Positions 31,407-40,700 of a DNA stretch of 64,000 bases are shown here, piece after piece. Origin of the DNA: a virus (lineage: Duplodnaviria; Caudoviricetes); the IMG/VR virus record IMGVR_UViG_3300029268_002499, positions 765 to 64,764 of that record; one strand, 5' to 3'. The notes below the pieces were generated by a model. The model did no database searches, had not been told where the DNA came from, and saw only the letters and a list, made by a program, of their open reading frames with translations. The position numbers were made by a program, and so were the translations under genes. Each line of letters starts with the position of its first letter. Position 1 is the stretch's first letter.

Positions 31407-32534
31407 ATGAAAACAGCAGTTATTGGGCTAGGATTTGGAGACGAAGGAAAGGGCAGAGTCGTAGATTGGCTCTGCTCTTATCGGCCCGATTCTTTAGTGG
31501 TAAGATTTTCAGGAGGATCTAATGCAAGTCATAAAGTTTATAAACCAGATGGTTCTGGATTTCATGCTTTTTCAAATTTAGGAAGCGGAACATTCAGAGG
31601 ATGCCCAACCTACTGGTCAGAGTTTTGTACTTTCGATCCTGCCGATTTATTGTTTGAGGCCGAATACATCAAAAAAGCAGGAGTTGAAAATTTTAAACTC
31701 TATGTGAATTTAGATTGTCCAGTTGTTACCACATGGGATAAAAGATACAACAAGATTCAAAATGATATGACTTTTCATGGGAGTTGCGGTGTCGGTCTAG
31801 GAGCTACTCATGAAAGAGAAGAAAATCATTATTCTCTTAGGGTGAGAGATTTATTTTATTATGATCTGAGATCACAAAAAGTAACAGAAATTATAAAATA
31901 TTATAAATCTAAAGGAATCAAAGCAACCCTAGAAGAGATCGAACTATTCTTCATTTGTGTAGAGAAATCTAAAGAATTATTCACACCAGTTGAAAGCATC
32001 CCTCAATCTGTTAATTATCTATTTGAAGGATCACAAGGATTAATGTTGGATCAAAATTATGGTGTTTTTCCACATGTAACAAGAAGCAATACAGGAACAC
32101 AAAACATCATTAAAATGGGATTTGATATGAATTCCTTCTTTCATGATAGGTGTTTTCTTGTCACTAGAGCATACCACACTCGACATGGAAATGGATATCA
32201 CCCAACCGACCATATTCCGCATAATATTAAAGAGAATCCCTATGAACAAAATGTAGAAAATTATCAGGGAAAGTTTAGAAGGGGATTACTTGATGTAAGT
32301 TTGTTGAAATACGCAATTGAAAAAGATAAGATTTTAAAAGGTAATCAGTGTGATATGTCAATTGTTATAACATGTCTCGATTTGATAGAAAATGAATGGA
32401 GATTTGTTGAGAATGGGGTAATTGTAAATTGTTTAGATGAATATGAATTTCTAACAAAGATTAAAAAATTACTACCCTATCCTATAGCGGTTAGTCGTAC
32501 ACCTTATGGGAAAATCGAAATATTTACACTCTAA
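31407..32534 (+). CDS. purA: divergent adenylosuccinate synthetase-family protein
   Basis: GLGFGDEGKG, RFSGG.NA.H, FEGSQG.MLD...G.FPHVT.SNTG, Y.TRHG.G, TCLD. Confidence 0.8.
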   Translation: MKTAVIGLGFGDEGKGRVVDWLCSYRPDSLVVRFSGGSNASHKVYKPDGSGFHAFSNLGSGTFRGCPTYWSEFCTFDPADLLFEAEYIKKAGVENFKLYVNLDCPVVTTWDKRYNKIQNDMTFHGSCGVGLGATHEREENHYSLRVRDLFYYDLRSQKVTEIIKYYKSKGIKATLEEIELFFICVEKSKELFTPVESIPQSVNYLFEGSQGLMLDQNYGVFPHVTRSNTGTQNIIKMGFDMNSFFHDRCFLVTRAYHTRHGNGYHPTDHIPHNIKENPYEQNVENYQGKFRRGLLDVSLLKYAIEKDKILKGNQCDMSIVITCLDLIENEWRFVENGVIVNCLDEYEFLTKIKKLLPYPIAVSRTPYGKIEIFTL

Positions 32535-32705
32535 ATCATTTAAGTAAATCACATTTATATGTAAGAGAAAAAACAATGGGGTAATGTAAAAAGAAAAATG
32601 ATATTGGTTCAAATAAATCATTAACAAATTGTACCGGTTATATTTTATATAGCCGGTCTTTTTCTTTGTAAAAAACAAATATAAAAAATTAGAAGGAGAA
32701 AAGCT

Positions 32706-32915
32706 ATGCCGTTGTTCGAAGTCGCTGTAATTCAAGATCCAACCGTAAGAGAAAGGGAAGATGGGGAATTGGAAAAATTGATCTATGGTCCAGAGACCGT
32801 GATCGCTGCAAGTGAACAGGCTGCAGGAATGGAAGTGTACACAAAAGCTGTAAAGATTGAAAATATTGAAAATTTTGATCCGAAAAGATTTAAAATTTTA
32901 GTTCGCCCTTTTTAA
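32706..32915 (+). CDS. small protein ending VRPF at a slippery site (0-frame product)
   Basis: AGGAG RBS, AACAAATATAAA upstream; ends C CCT TTT TAA. Confidence 0.8.
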   Translation: MPLFEVAVIQDPTVREREDGELEKLIYGPETVIAASEQAAGMEVYTKAVKIENIENFDPKRFKILVRPF

Positions 32916-33229
32916 GTAGCCTTTCCAACAGTTCTTACTGGTCTATTGGATTTATAAAACGGAAAGGCACACAACCAAATTCTTATTGTCATACGAGAGC
33001 TATTTCTGGTTTTTCTGGTTATAGCGGAATTTCTGGTTATATCGGATATTCTGGAAAACCACAAATGATGATCTATAATGGGTCTACAGGATCTACTGGT
33101 CCCAATGGCCCTTGTGGGGAATCTGGAGAATCTGGAACGACAGGAAGATTGGTTGGAAAGGCGAGAGAAGTTTCTATTGTAGAAAAGACAAGCAAAAAAA
33201 GGAGTAAAAGTTTTTCAGTAAATAACTGA
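32906..33229 (+). CDS. -1 frameshift extension with collagen-like G-X-Y repeats
   Basis: -1 frame open from the heptamer to TGA 33227-29: ...SGFSGYSGISGYIGYSG...GSTGSTGPNGPCGESGESGTTG... Confidence 0.65.
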   Translation, partial: PFLSSLSNSSYWSIGFIKRKGTQPNSYCHTRAISGFSGYSGISGYIGYSGKPQMMIYNGSTGSTGPNGPCGESGESGTTGRLVGKAREVSIVEKTSKKRSKSFSVNN

Positions 33230-34493
33230 AAAACATAGAACCGGCCACGCCTCTATTTTTGTAGTTTAAATATGCGCACCACGGCCGGTCTTTATAAAAA
33301 TAACATAGGAGGTGATTGTGAATACTGAACCACAAGATGTTTACACAACTGAAAAAAGAACAGTTAGAAGTAAAAGAATAACACCGTCAAATGAACCATG
33401 CCCTAAATGTGCGAGTATGAGAGCAGATAGAAAGTTATATTTTAAGGGGAATAAAGTCGAAAGAGAATATGGCGATTGTTTTAATAAATTCATAAATATG
33501 ATTTTAAAATATTCAGAATTTTTTATAAAAGATACTGATTCATACAGTGATCGTAATATAGCAAAAGAGTGCATAGTAAGTAAATGCAAATGTTGTGGAT
33601 ATATGTGGCCAACTAAACCACTAAGTTGAATTTTTGGTCGGATGTTTATAAAATGTTTTATAATAAATATTAAAAAGTAAAAGGAGTTAGTATGGACAGA
33701 AGTAGAATTTCTATAACACGTCATGTAGGGAAATTGTGGGGGGATATTCCTTCAAGTTTTGTCAAGTGGGCCATTGAAGAAGCTAAAAATTTTAAGGGGT
33801 TTACACTTGAAAAACTAATAGAGGAATATGAAAAAAGGGAATTGAAAACTATTAAAATGGAAGTTTTGGAAAAAACAGAAAAAGCATTAGCTCTTTCAAA
33901 ACTAAACAAAGAACAAACAGTAAATCCTGAGCAAGAGCAAGAGGAAACTGTTGAAAAGAAAATGATTTTTGAATACGATCCTGATCAACTTAAACTTTTT
34001 AGAAAAAAGATTTTGGGCAAACAAAGAGGAAATGCTGTTATAAAAGAAGGCATCAAATATGCATTCAATGAGCTTGAAGAATATATAAAAGAAAACTCAA
34101 AACTAATAGAAATTTAAAAGGAGAAAATCTATGAAAAACAAACCATTTACTTAAGTAACTAAAAACTACTTAAGGAGGTATTTACAATGTCTAGATCTCG
34201 TAAAAAGATCTGTGGTGGAGGAATTTGCTGTGGATCAAATCATGAATGGTCCAAAGCAGAACACAGGAGAGAACGCAGAACTGCTAAACAACTTATTCTG
34301 TCGTTTATGGATGAAACACTTATTCCTCATCCAAAGTATTGGGGGGATCCGTGGTTGTCACCTAGCGATGGAAAAAGTGTTTGGTGGTGGCCTTGGATGT
34401 TAAAAACGGATTCTTTCAAAAACAATCCTGAAAAGATTAAATGTTACATGAAAAGTATCAGAAAGTAAATATCTCATCCACCAAGAGTGGAAG

Positions 34494-34588
34494 GAGTTGG
34501 GTCTTCCCTAGAGAGTAGACCTTGTTTTTAGCTGATCTGCCATGTGCAGAAACAGTTACAGGATCGTCATTCGTGGCGATCCCAGCTT
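34494..34588 (+). ncRNA. unclassified multi-way junction RNA abutting tRNA-Ile
   Basis: GAGTTGGG/CCCAGCTT closing; GGTCT/AGACC; TCTGC/GCAGA; GATCGTCA-TTCG-TGGCGATC. Confidence 0.5.
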
Positions 34589-34589
34589 T

Positions 34590-34661
34590 ACCCGAATAGT
34601 TCAATAGTAGAACCTTCCGCTGATAATGGAAAAACGGCAGGTGCGAATCCTCCTTCGGGTA
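34590..34661 (+). tRNA. tRNA-Ile(GAT), CCA not encoded
   Basis: ACCCGAA/TTCGGGT, GTTC/GAAC, TTCCG-CTGATAA-TGGAA, T arm with bulge. Confidence 0.75.
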
Positions 34662-35000
34662 AATATCAAAATTCATAGGAGATTTTATGGAATTAGATGG
34701 TTCATTAAATATTGAAAAGATTGGTGAGATAAATTTTACAATTGAACTTGATCAATTTTATGAGAAAGCAGAAAGAACAACAATGGATCATCCTGGATTT
34801 CCAGAATCTGTAACATGGGATGGATATACAATAATTGGTTTAACTGATTATCCAAATATTTTCAAAGATGTTGATATTCTTATGAAAGAAGCTTTTGGAA
34901 ATGATGAAATTCGTAAAGAGATTGAATCAGAAATGCTTAGAATAATCAAAGAAACTGAAGATTTTGATTAATTATAACAAAATATTAAAGGGAGAGATTT

Positions 35001-35291
35001 ATGAAAAAAATAGTTATCATAATGTTTTTAATAATTATGTTTCTATTAACAACAACATCAGTTTTAATCGCGTCACCAATTTTTAAAATAGATGCATCTT
35101 CTTCGTTTAAAGAATTTGAAATAAAAGAATTGCAAATTCAAATAGATCGATATAATTCTTATCATCAAATAGATTTTCGGCAAAAACCAACAAATGCTCC
35201 TGCCCCAGTTCCAGAACCAGCAACAATAATTTTATTGGGTTCAGGAATTATTTTCGTTGGAACTATGGTTCGAAGAAAACCAAAAGGCTGA
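35001..35291 (+). CDS. secreted PEP-CTERM protein
   Basis: Signal peptide plus C-terminal APVPEPATIILLGSGIIFVGTMVRRK. Confidence 0.9.
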   Translation: MKKIVIIMFLIIMFLLTTTSVLIASPIFKIDASSSFKEFEIKELQIQIDRYNSYHQIDFRQKPTNAPAPVPEPATIILLGSGIIFVGTMVRRKPKG

Positions 35292-35295
35292 TGAG

Positions 35296-35553
35296 ATGCC
35301 TATCTTAGAGATATGGATGATTATTATTGGTGCTTCATTGGCTTTTTCAAGTGTTCCACAGATTTTAAAAATAGTTAGAGAAAGAGAATCAAAAAGTGTT
35401 TCTATTCCATCATGGATAATAATTAGTCATGCAAATTTCTGGTGGCTTTGTTATGCAGTTGTTATAAAAAGTGTAAGTTTATTTGTAACAAATATGTTGT
35501 CATTGGGTATATCACTAATAACAATTATTGTAATTATGAGATATAGAGAATAA
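35296..35553 (+). CDS. SemiSWEET/PQ-loop transporter
   Basis: VPQILKIVR...S..VS...W..YA......TN; three TM helices. Confidence 0.8.
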   Translation: MPILEIWMIIIGASLAFSSVPQILKIVRERESKSVSIPSWIIISHANFWWLCYAVVIKSVSLFVTNMLSLGISLITIIVIMRYRE

Positions 35554-35576
35554 ATTTATACTTTCATTATTTTAGA

Positions 35577-35754
35577 GTATCTATGAGATAAGCCACACAC
35601 CGGGATGTCGATGAAGCTGAGGCTCGGGGGTGGAGACTTGTGTGAAACTATCAAAATGGATACGATGAGGATTCGGGAGTTATAATCCTCGATTGAGAAT
35701 CGGCGCCGATAAACTCAATTAAAAGAGATGTGTTGAGCAAGCATCTTACCTCCC
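35577..35754 (+). ncRNA. structured RNA upstream of coaD
   Basis: Several stems, GATGA/CTGA K-loop-like motif, GGGAG/CTCCC pseudoknot potential. Confidence 0.5.
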
Positions 35755-35791
35755 AAAAATTTTTATAAAATAAAGGTCAAAGGCGGTTAAT

Positions 35792-36268
35792 ATGATTAAG
35801 GCTGCATATACAGGAACGTTTGATCCTTTCACAAAAGGGCATTCCGATATTCTAAGAAGAGCTTCTGGAATTTTTGATGAAGTTCTTGTTGGGGTTTTAA
35901 ATAATGCAAATAAGAATTCTATGTTCACAATTTCAGAACGTGTTGATATAGTTGAACATTATTTTATAGATCTTCCAGAAAATATAAGCGTCAAAGGATA
36001 TGACGGAACTTCTTTTAACTTTGTTGCTGAAAATAATGCTAATGTGATAATTAGAGGAATACGAGGAACATTAGATCTTGATATGGAAATGCAATATGCA
36101 ATTATGAACAAAAAATATGCCGGACTTGAAACCATATTACTTTTTAGTGATCTTGAAAAATCAATAATAAGTTCAACATTAATAAAAACACTTTTCAAAT
36201 CTGGCGTAAATATTCTCGAATTTGTAAATGAGTATACATACTTAAAAATGAAGGAGAAATTACAATGA
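35792..36268 (+). CDS. coaD: phosphopantetheine adenylyltransferase
   Basis: YTGTFDPFTKGH.DI..RA...FDEV, IIRGIR, ET..L, ISST. Confidence 0.9.
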   Translation: MIKAAYTGTFDPFTKGHSDILRRASGIFDEVLVGVLNNANKNSMFTISERVDIVEHYFIDLPENISVKGYDGTSFNFVAENNANVIIRGIRGTLDLDMEMQYAIMNKKYAGLETILLFSDLEKSIISSTLIKTLFKSGVNILEFVNEYTYLKMKEKLQ

Positions 36269-36870
36269 TAGACTTTCATGAAGATATAAAATATACACAA
36301 ATGTTTCTTGGTTTTTGTGGTTTCTACAAAGCAAAGGTTGATGGAATATGGGGGCCTAAAACGAATAAAGCAATGATTGAGTTTGAGATGCTAACTGAAC
36401 ATATAAAAGATGGTCATTCATTGGTAACTGATTTAAGATCTGAAAATTGTATATGTAGTCTTCACCCCAATGCACAACTTCTTGCTAGAGATTTTTTATT
36501 AAAGTGTGAAGATTTCCCAAATTTTAAAGTAAAAATAATCAGCGGATTAAGAAGTTACAGGGAACAAAGTATTTTATATGCAAAAGGAAGAACTACATCA
36601 GGAATTATAGTAACTAATTCTAAAGCTGGTCAATCATATCATAACTTTGGTGTAGCTTTTGATTGTGGGATTTTTTCTAAAAATGGTACTTATTTAAGTG
36701 ATGATGAATACTACAAAGAAATCGCAGAGAAAATAAAAGATATAATGCAAATAGATTGGGGTGGTGATTGGGAAACATTTAAAGATTCCCCTCATTATCA
36801 GTTGATTAATTTACCATCAGTAACAAAAATACGAAAACTATTTGAAAGTGGAAAGGAGTTAATTATATGA
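36265..36870 (+). CDS. endolysin: peptidoglycan-binding domain plus M15 peptidase
   Basis: VDGIWGPKT; R...Q..LY..GR...S.HNFG.A.D...WGG.W..F.D.PH. Confidence 0.9.
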   Translation: MIDFHEDIKYTQMFLGFCGFYKAKVDGIWGPKTNKAMIEFEMLTEHIKDGHSLVTDLRSENCICSLHPNAQLLARDFLLKCEDFPNFKVKIISGLRSYREQSILYAKGRTTSGIIVTNSKAGQSYHNFGVAFDCGIFSKNGTYLSDDEYYKEIAEKIKDIMQIDWGGDWETFKDSPHYQLINLPSVTKIRKLFESGKELII

Positions 36871-37223
36871 AGATAAAAGTGTGTAACGTTACGAATAGTA
36901 GTTCATGTAGTTTTTTATTAATTGGAAAAAGAGTTACCATTGAAGAAGCAAAAGAAAAAAAATTTAAAAACTGTGTTTTTTATAATGGTGAATATATTGT
37001 TGATGTAGAGGAAATTATCGAAGATGAAGTACATGACGTAGAAAAATATATTAATATACATAGTTATGATGAAAATTCATTATATGAATCTTTGTTTGTT
37101 GAGCATATTTTTTCTGATGATGAGCCTATGAAAGAAGTTATATCTTTATATGATTTAGTAAAAGGTTTATCTGAAGAAGAATTGAAAAAATTTAAATTGA
37201 TAACTGGAATAGCTATGTGTTAA
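36867..37223 (+). CDS. protein with N-terminal MKIKVCNVTNSSSCSF tag
   Basis: Tag shared with 16849 and 17390. Confidence 0.8.
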   Translation: MKIKVCNVTNSSSCSFLLIGKRVTIEEAKEKKFKNCVFYNGEYIVDVEEIIEDEVHDVEKYINIHSYDENSLYESLFVEHIFSDDEPMKEVISLYDLVKGLSEEELKKFKLITGIAMC

Positions 37224-37458
37224 GGAACCATAAATGCGCGTTTTAAAAATTGATATGGAAATAGAAACATGCAACGAATGCGTTTATTGCAGATTGACAT
37301 CACCATCTCATCCTGCATTAGACGTATTTTTTTGTTCATATGAAAAATCTTTTTCTTCCGAAACATCCCAGCCTTTAATCGCAAGAATATCAACTACAGC
37401 AGTCCCCCACATGCCTACACCTTCCTGGTGCCCACTACCAAATAAAAGGAGGATATAA

Positions 37459-37851
37459 ATGACTCTACATGCAAGTAATATAGTAAATACTTCAGGAATG
37501 TCATATTTAGTTTCATATGACAAGAAAAAAGAAAATCTTTCTGTTTTATTTTTAGACTTTTTTGTGGATTTTATTGAAAAAAAAGGAAACGTTTTTTTAA
37601 ATCAAGACTATGAAATAATTGAGAACATTTCTGAGCATTATGAAGAATGTTTAAAAGAAGAAGAACTCTTCGAACACAAAGATAGACAGTACATAGAATA
37701 CTTGATAGATAAAATCAATCTATGTAAGAAAGAACAAAAAAAAGGAAAAACTGTTATAAAAATAGTGGTTAGTAATGGAGACGAAATTGTTTCAGCTATC
37801 TTAGAAAAAGGAAATAAATTAAAAGAGATTAAACTTATAGAAGGAGATTAA
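37459..37851 (+). CDS. protein with degenerate N-terminal tag (MTLHASNIVNTSGMSY)
   Basis: Aligns position-for-position with the tag. Confidence 0.65.
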   Translation: MTLHASNIVNTSGMSYLVSYDKKKENLSVLFLDFFVDFIEKKGNVFLNQDYEIIENISEHYEECLKEEELFEHKDRQYIEYLIDKINLCKKEQKKGKTVIKIVVSNGDEIVSAILEKGNKLKEIKLIEGD

Positions 37852-37852
37852 T

Positions 37853-38866
37853 ATGAGTTACATTGAAAGTCAAAAGTTAAAAGAAATTCTTTGTAAAATG
37901 AATAAGCTTAAAGTTTTAGTCATTGGTGATTTAATGTTAGACGAATATATCTGGGGAAAAGTTGAAAGAATTTCCCCAGAAGCTCCAGTTCCAATTGTTG
38001 ATGTTGTGAAAGAAGAAATAAAGTTGGGAGGCGCAGGAAACGTTGTTAGAAACTTAGCAAGTTTAGGATGCACAGTTTACATTGGTTCTGTTATTGGTAT
38101 TGATGATGCTGGTGATAAAGTTAGAAAACTTTTGAGAAAAGAAAAAACAAATCTAAAATTTTTAATGAATGATGATCGAAGACAAACAACTGTTAAAACA
38201 AGACTGATGGCACATACACAACAACTTGTAAGAATTGATAGAGAAGACAAATACGCAATTGATAAAAATCAAAGAGATCATATTCTCTATACGTTGGGGG
38301 AAGAAGAAAAAAATATTGATGCAATAGTTATTTCAGACTACAACAAAGGTGTTGTTAATGCCAAATTAATAAGTGAAATTATTAAATTCACAAAAGATGG
38401 GCGTAGAATTCCAATAATTGCTGATCCAAAGAAAAACTTCTTGAATTACAAAGGAGTTGATATTTTAACTCCTAATTTGAAGGAACTAGGTTTATATAGT
38501 GGAAACATAGTTGAGTCAGAAATTGATGTTGTTGAGACTTCACGAAAAGTTATTGAATCCTCAGAATTAAAAGCTATCCTTGTTACAAAAGGACCTCAAG
38601 GAATGAGTTTAATTGCTAAAGATTTTGCATATGATATTCCAACATTTGCTCAAGAAGTTTACGATGTTACAGGAGCTGGTGATACTGTGATTGCATGTTT
38701 TACATTGGCACTGTTATCAGGAGCTTCAACATACGAGGCAGCATTAATATCAAACGTAGCTGCTGGAATTGTTGTAGGTGAAGTTGGTGCAGCAGTTGTC
38801 ACACAAGAAGAACTATTGAAGAAATGTATTGGTATAATTAGTATTGAAGGAAAAAAAGATGAATGA
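37853..38866 (+). CDS. hldA: D-glycero-beta-D-manno-heptose-7-phosphate kinase (HldE/RfaE domain I)
   Basis: GD.MLD.Y..G.VERISPEAPVP, GGA.NV, SDYNKG, TPN..E, DVTGAGDT. Confidence 0.92.
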   Translation: MSYIESQKLKEILCKMNKLKVLVIGDLMLDEYIWGKVERISPEAPVPIVDVVKEEIKLGGAGNVVRNLASLGCTVYIGSVIGIDDAGDKVRKLLRKEKTNLKFLMNDDRRQTTVKTRLMAHTQQLVRIDREDKYAIDKNQRDHILYTLGEEEKNIDAIVISDYNKGVVNAKLISEIIKFTKDGRRIPIIADPKKNFLNYKGVDILTPNLKELGLYSGNIVESEIDVVETSRKVIESSELKAILVTKGPQGMSLIAKDFAYDIPTFAQEVYDVTGAGDTVIACFTLALLSGASTYEAALISNVAAGIVVGEVGAAVVTQEELLKKCIGIISIEGKKDE

Positions 38867-39347
38867 AATTCTAATAGTAGCCCCACACATTGATGATGAG
38901 GTTATTTCATCTTTTGAGATTTTAGAAACAAAAGTATTAACAACAATTATATATACAGATTGTGAAGATTGGTCTGATGTTAGAAGAAGCGAAATTGAAA
39001 AAATACGGGGTATATTCAATATAAAAAATATTCTTTTTTTCAGTGATCTCACCAATTATTATGTAGATTTTATGACAAAAATAAAATATACTTATTATTT
39101 TCCAGATCCAATATATGAAACTCATCCTGAACATAGAAAACAGGGATATATTGGGGAACAAATGTTTAGAGATGGAAAAGATGTAGTATTTTACAACACA
39201 ACAATGACAGCACCATATATACATAAAGTTAAAAATTGGCAACGAAAGAAAGAAATTTTAAATAAATTATACCCAAGTCAGAAAAGTTTATGGGAATACG
39301 AACATAAGTATTTTCTGTGGGAAGGAAGATGTAAATATCTTCCATAA
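38859..39347 (+). CDS. PIG-L/LmbE-family deacetylase-like protein
   Basis: VAPHIDDE, R..E, HPEH, Y.SQ. Confidence 0.75.
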   Translation: MNEILIVAPHIDDEVISSFEILETKVLTTIIYTDCEDWSDVRRSEIEKIRGIFNIKNILFFSDLTNYYVDFMTKIKYTYYFPDPIYETHPEHRKQGYIGEQMFRDGKDVVFYNTTMTAPYIHKVKNWQRKKEILNKLYPSQKSLWEYEHKYFLWEGRCKYLP

Positions 39348-39358
39348 CAGATATAGGT

Positions 39359-39372
39359 TATATATATTAATT
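39359..39372 (+). promoter_or_regulatory. putative early promoter
   Basis: TATATATATTAATT. Confidence 0.75.
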
Positions 39373-39397
39373 TATAAGTAAAATAAAAGAGGAGAAA

Positions 39398-39799
39398 ATG
39401 GACAAAAAAATTTTAGATTCATTTAAGCTTGAATTTTTTAAGGAAATAAAGGAATACAAAAGAGTTGAGGAAAAGATTAGGGATCCAAGGTGTACAAAAT
39501 TTACACTGACTGATGGCAAAACAAAATACGCCATTGTCGGGGCACTTCCATTAAAAGGTGTAGGAGTAAACATGATTCTCGCTGTACACCAAGATCATGA
39601 TGGAAATGGTATTTTGAAAGATGCTTCAGATCTGTTGATAAAAAAATATAAAACCACAATCATTGTTGATGTCGAAAAAACATCTCCTGAAATCCAAAAA
39701 TATTTGAATGCAGGATTTGTTAAAGATGATACGGAAATAAGAAAAAATCAAATAAGATTGGTGAAAGAGAAAGGAGGCTCTTGTGAAAAAGAAAGTTAA
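39398..39799 (+). CDS. GNAT-like acetyltransferase
   Basis: LAVH....GNGI and Y...GF patterns. Confidence 0.4.
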   Translation: MDKKILDSFKLEFFKEIKEYKRVEEKIRDPRCTKFTLTDGKTKYAIVGALPLKGVGVNMILAVHQDHDGNGILKDASDLLIKKYKTTIIVDVEKTSPEIQKYLNAGFVKDDTEIRKNQIRLVKEKGGSCEKES

Positions 39800-40329
39800 A
39801 GAGATAACGATCTTTGTTTTATTAATATCTTTTATGTTGTTATCAGAGGCATGCTCAACTGTTAAAAAAGCTTTCAATCCAGATCCTGGATTAAAAGCTA
39901 AAGTTGAGAATGTTCTTCTTAAAAAAAATTATTACGTTATTGTAACTAATAAGGGAACATTTATATGTGGAAATTGTGATTATGTTATACATAGTCAGAA
40001 ATACTATAGATTTTACTTAGAAGGAAATAAAGTTATAAAAATGGAAATAATTAAGGAAACAAAAAAATCAAAAAGGAGTTAAAATGAAAGCATTTTTTGG
40101 ATTGTCATTAATTTTTGGGGGAATTATTCTTGGGGTGTATGTTGGTGTGTGGGTTATGTTTGTTGGTGGAATTGTTCAATGTATTGAACAAGTAAGAGCA
40201 GAAAATATGCAAGCAACAATTCTGGCATATGGTATCCTCAAAATAATATCTGCTGGATTTATTGGGTGGGGAACTGCTATTCTTTTAGTTATTCCAGGTG
40301 TTGCAGTATTGAAAAAATGAGGAGAATAT

Positions 40330-40656
40330 ATGAGAATGTGGAATGTTCCGACAAAAATGATGTGTAGACAACATCTATTGGGAGAGCATCTAGAAACACA
40401 TATGTTTCACTCATCAATTCTTCAAGGTAGAAAGATTACAGGATTTATAACAAATGGTCTTGTTGAAACTGACAAGATCAAAGAAAGACATGATGCGCTT
40501 GTTGAAGAAATGATTTCTCGAGGGTATAACCATAAGACTCCTATGGAAGAAAACAATTTTCCTCAACAAGGTCGGGTTGATATTTCTAAAAACATTAACA
40601 TATTAATAAATAAATGTGTTAATTGTAAAGAAAGACATATAAGGCTTGTGCAATAA
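40330..40656 (+). CDS. denV: pyrimidine-dimer DNA glycosylase/endonuclease V-like protein
   Basis: MRMW...QHLLGEH.E.H...RH..L..EM..RGY.H..P. Confidence 0.75.
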   Translation: MRMWNVPTKMMCRQHLLGEHLETHMFHSSILQGRKITGFITNGLVETDKIKERHDALVEEMISRGYNHKTPMEENNFPQQGRVDISKNINILINKCVNCKERHIRLVQ

Positions 40657-40700
40657 GCCTTATTTTTTTTATAAATTTTATTTAAGAAAAGGAGAATAGT

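Noticed and set aside
31407-32534. PurZ (2-aminoadenine Z-genome) assignment
   Set aside because: The motif is GDEGKG with the PurA Asp, not the PurZ Ser; no datZ/mazZ recognised nearby
34531-34557. Hammerhead ribozyme core (CTGA...GAAAC)
   Set aside because: Required CUGANGA is absent and no matching stems I/III with NUH were found
35792-36268. HldC heptose adenylyltransferase completing the ADP-heptose pathway
   Set aside because: Motifs (GTFDP.T.GH, RGIR, ISS) fit CoaD rather than the RfaE domain II GCFDILH.GH/KGGDY pattern
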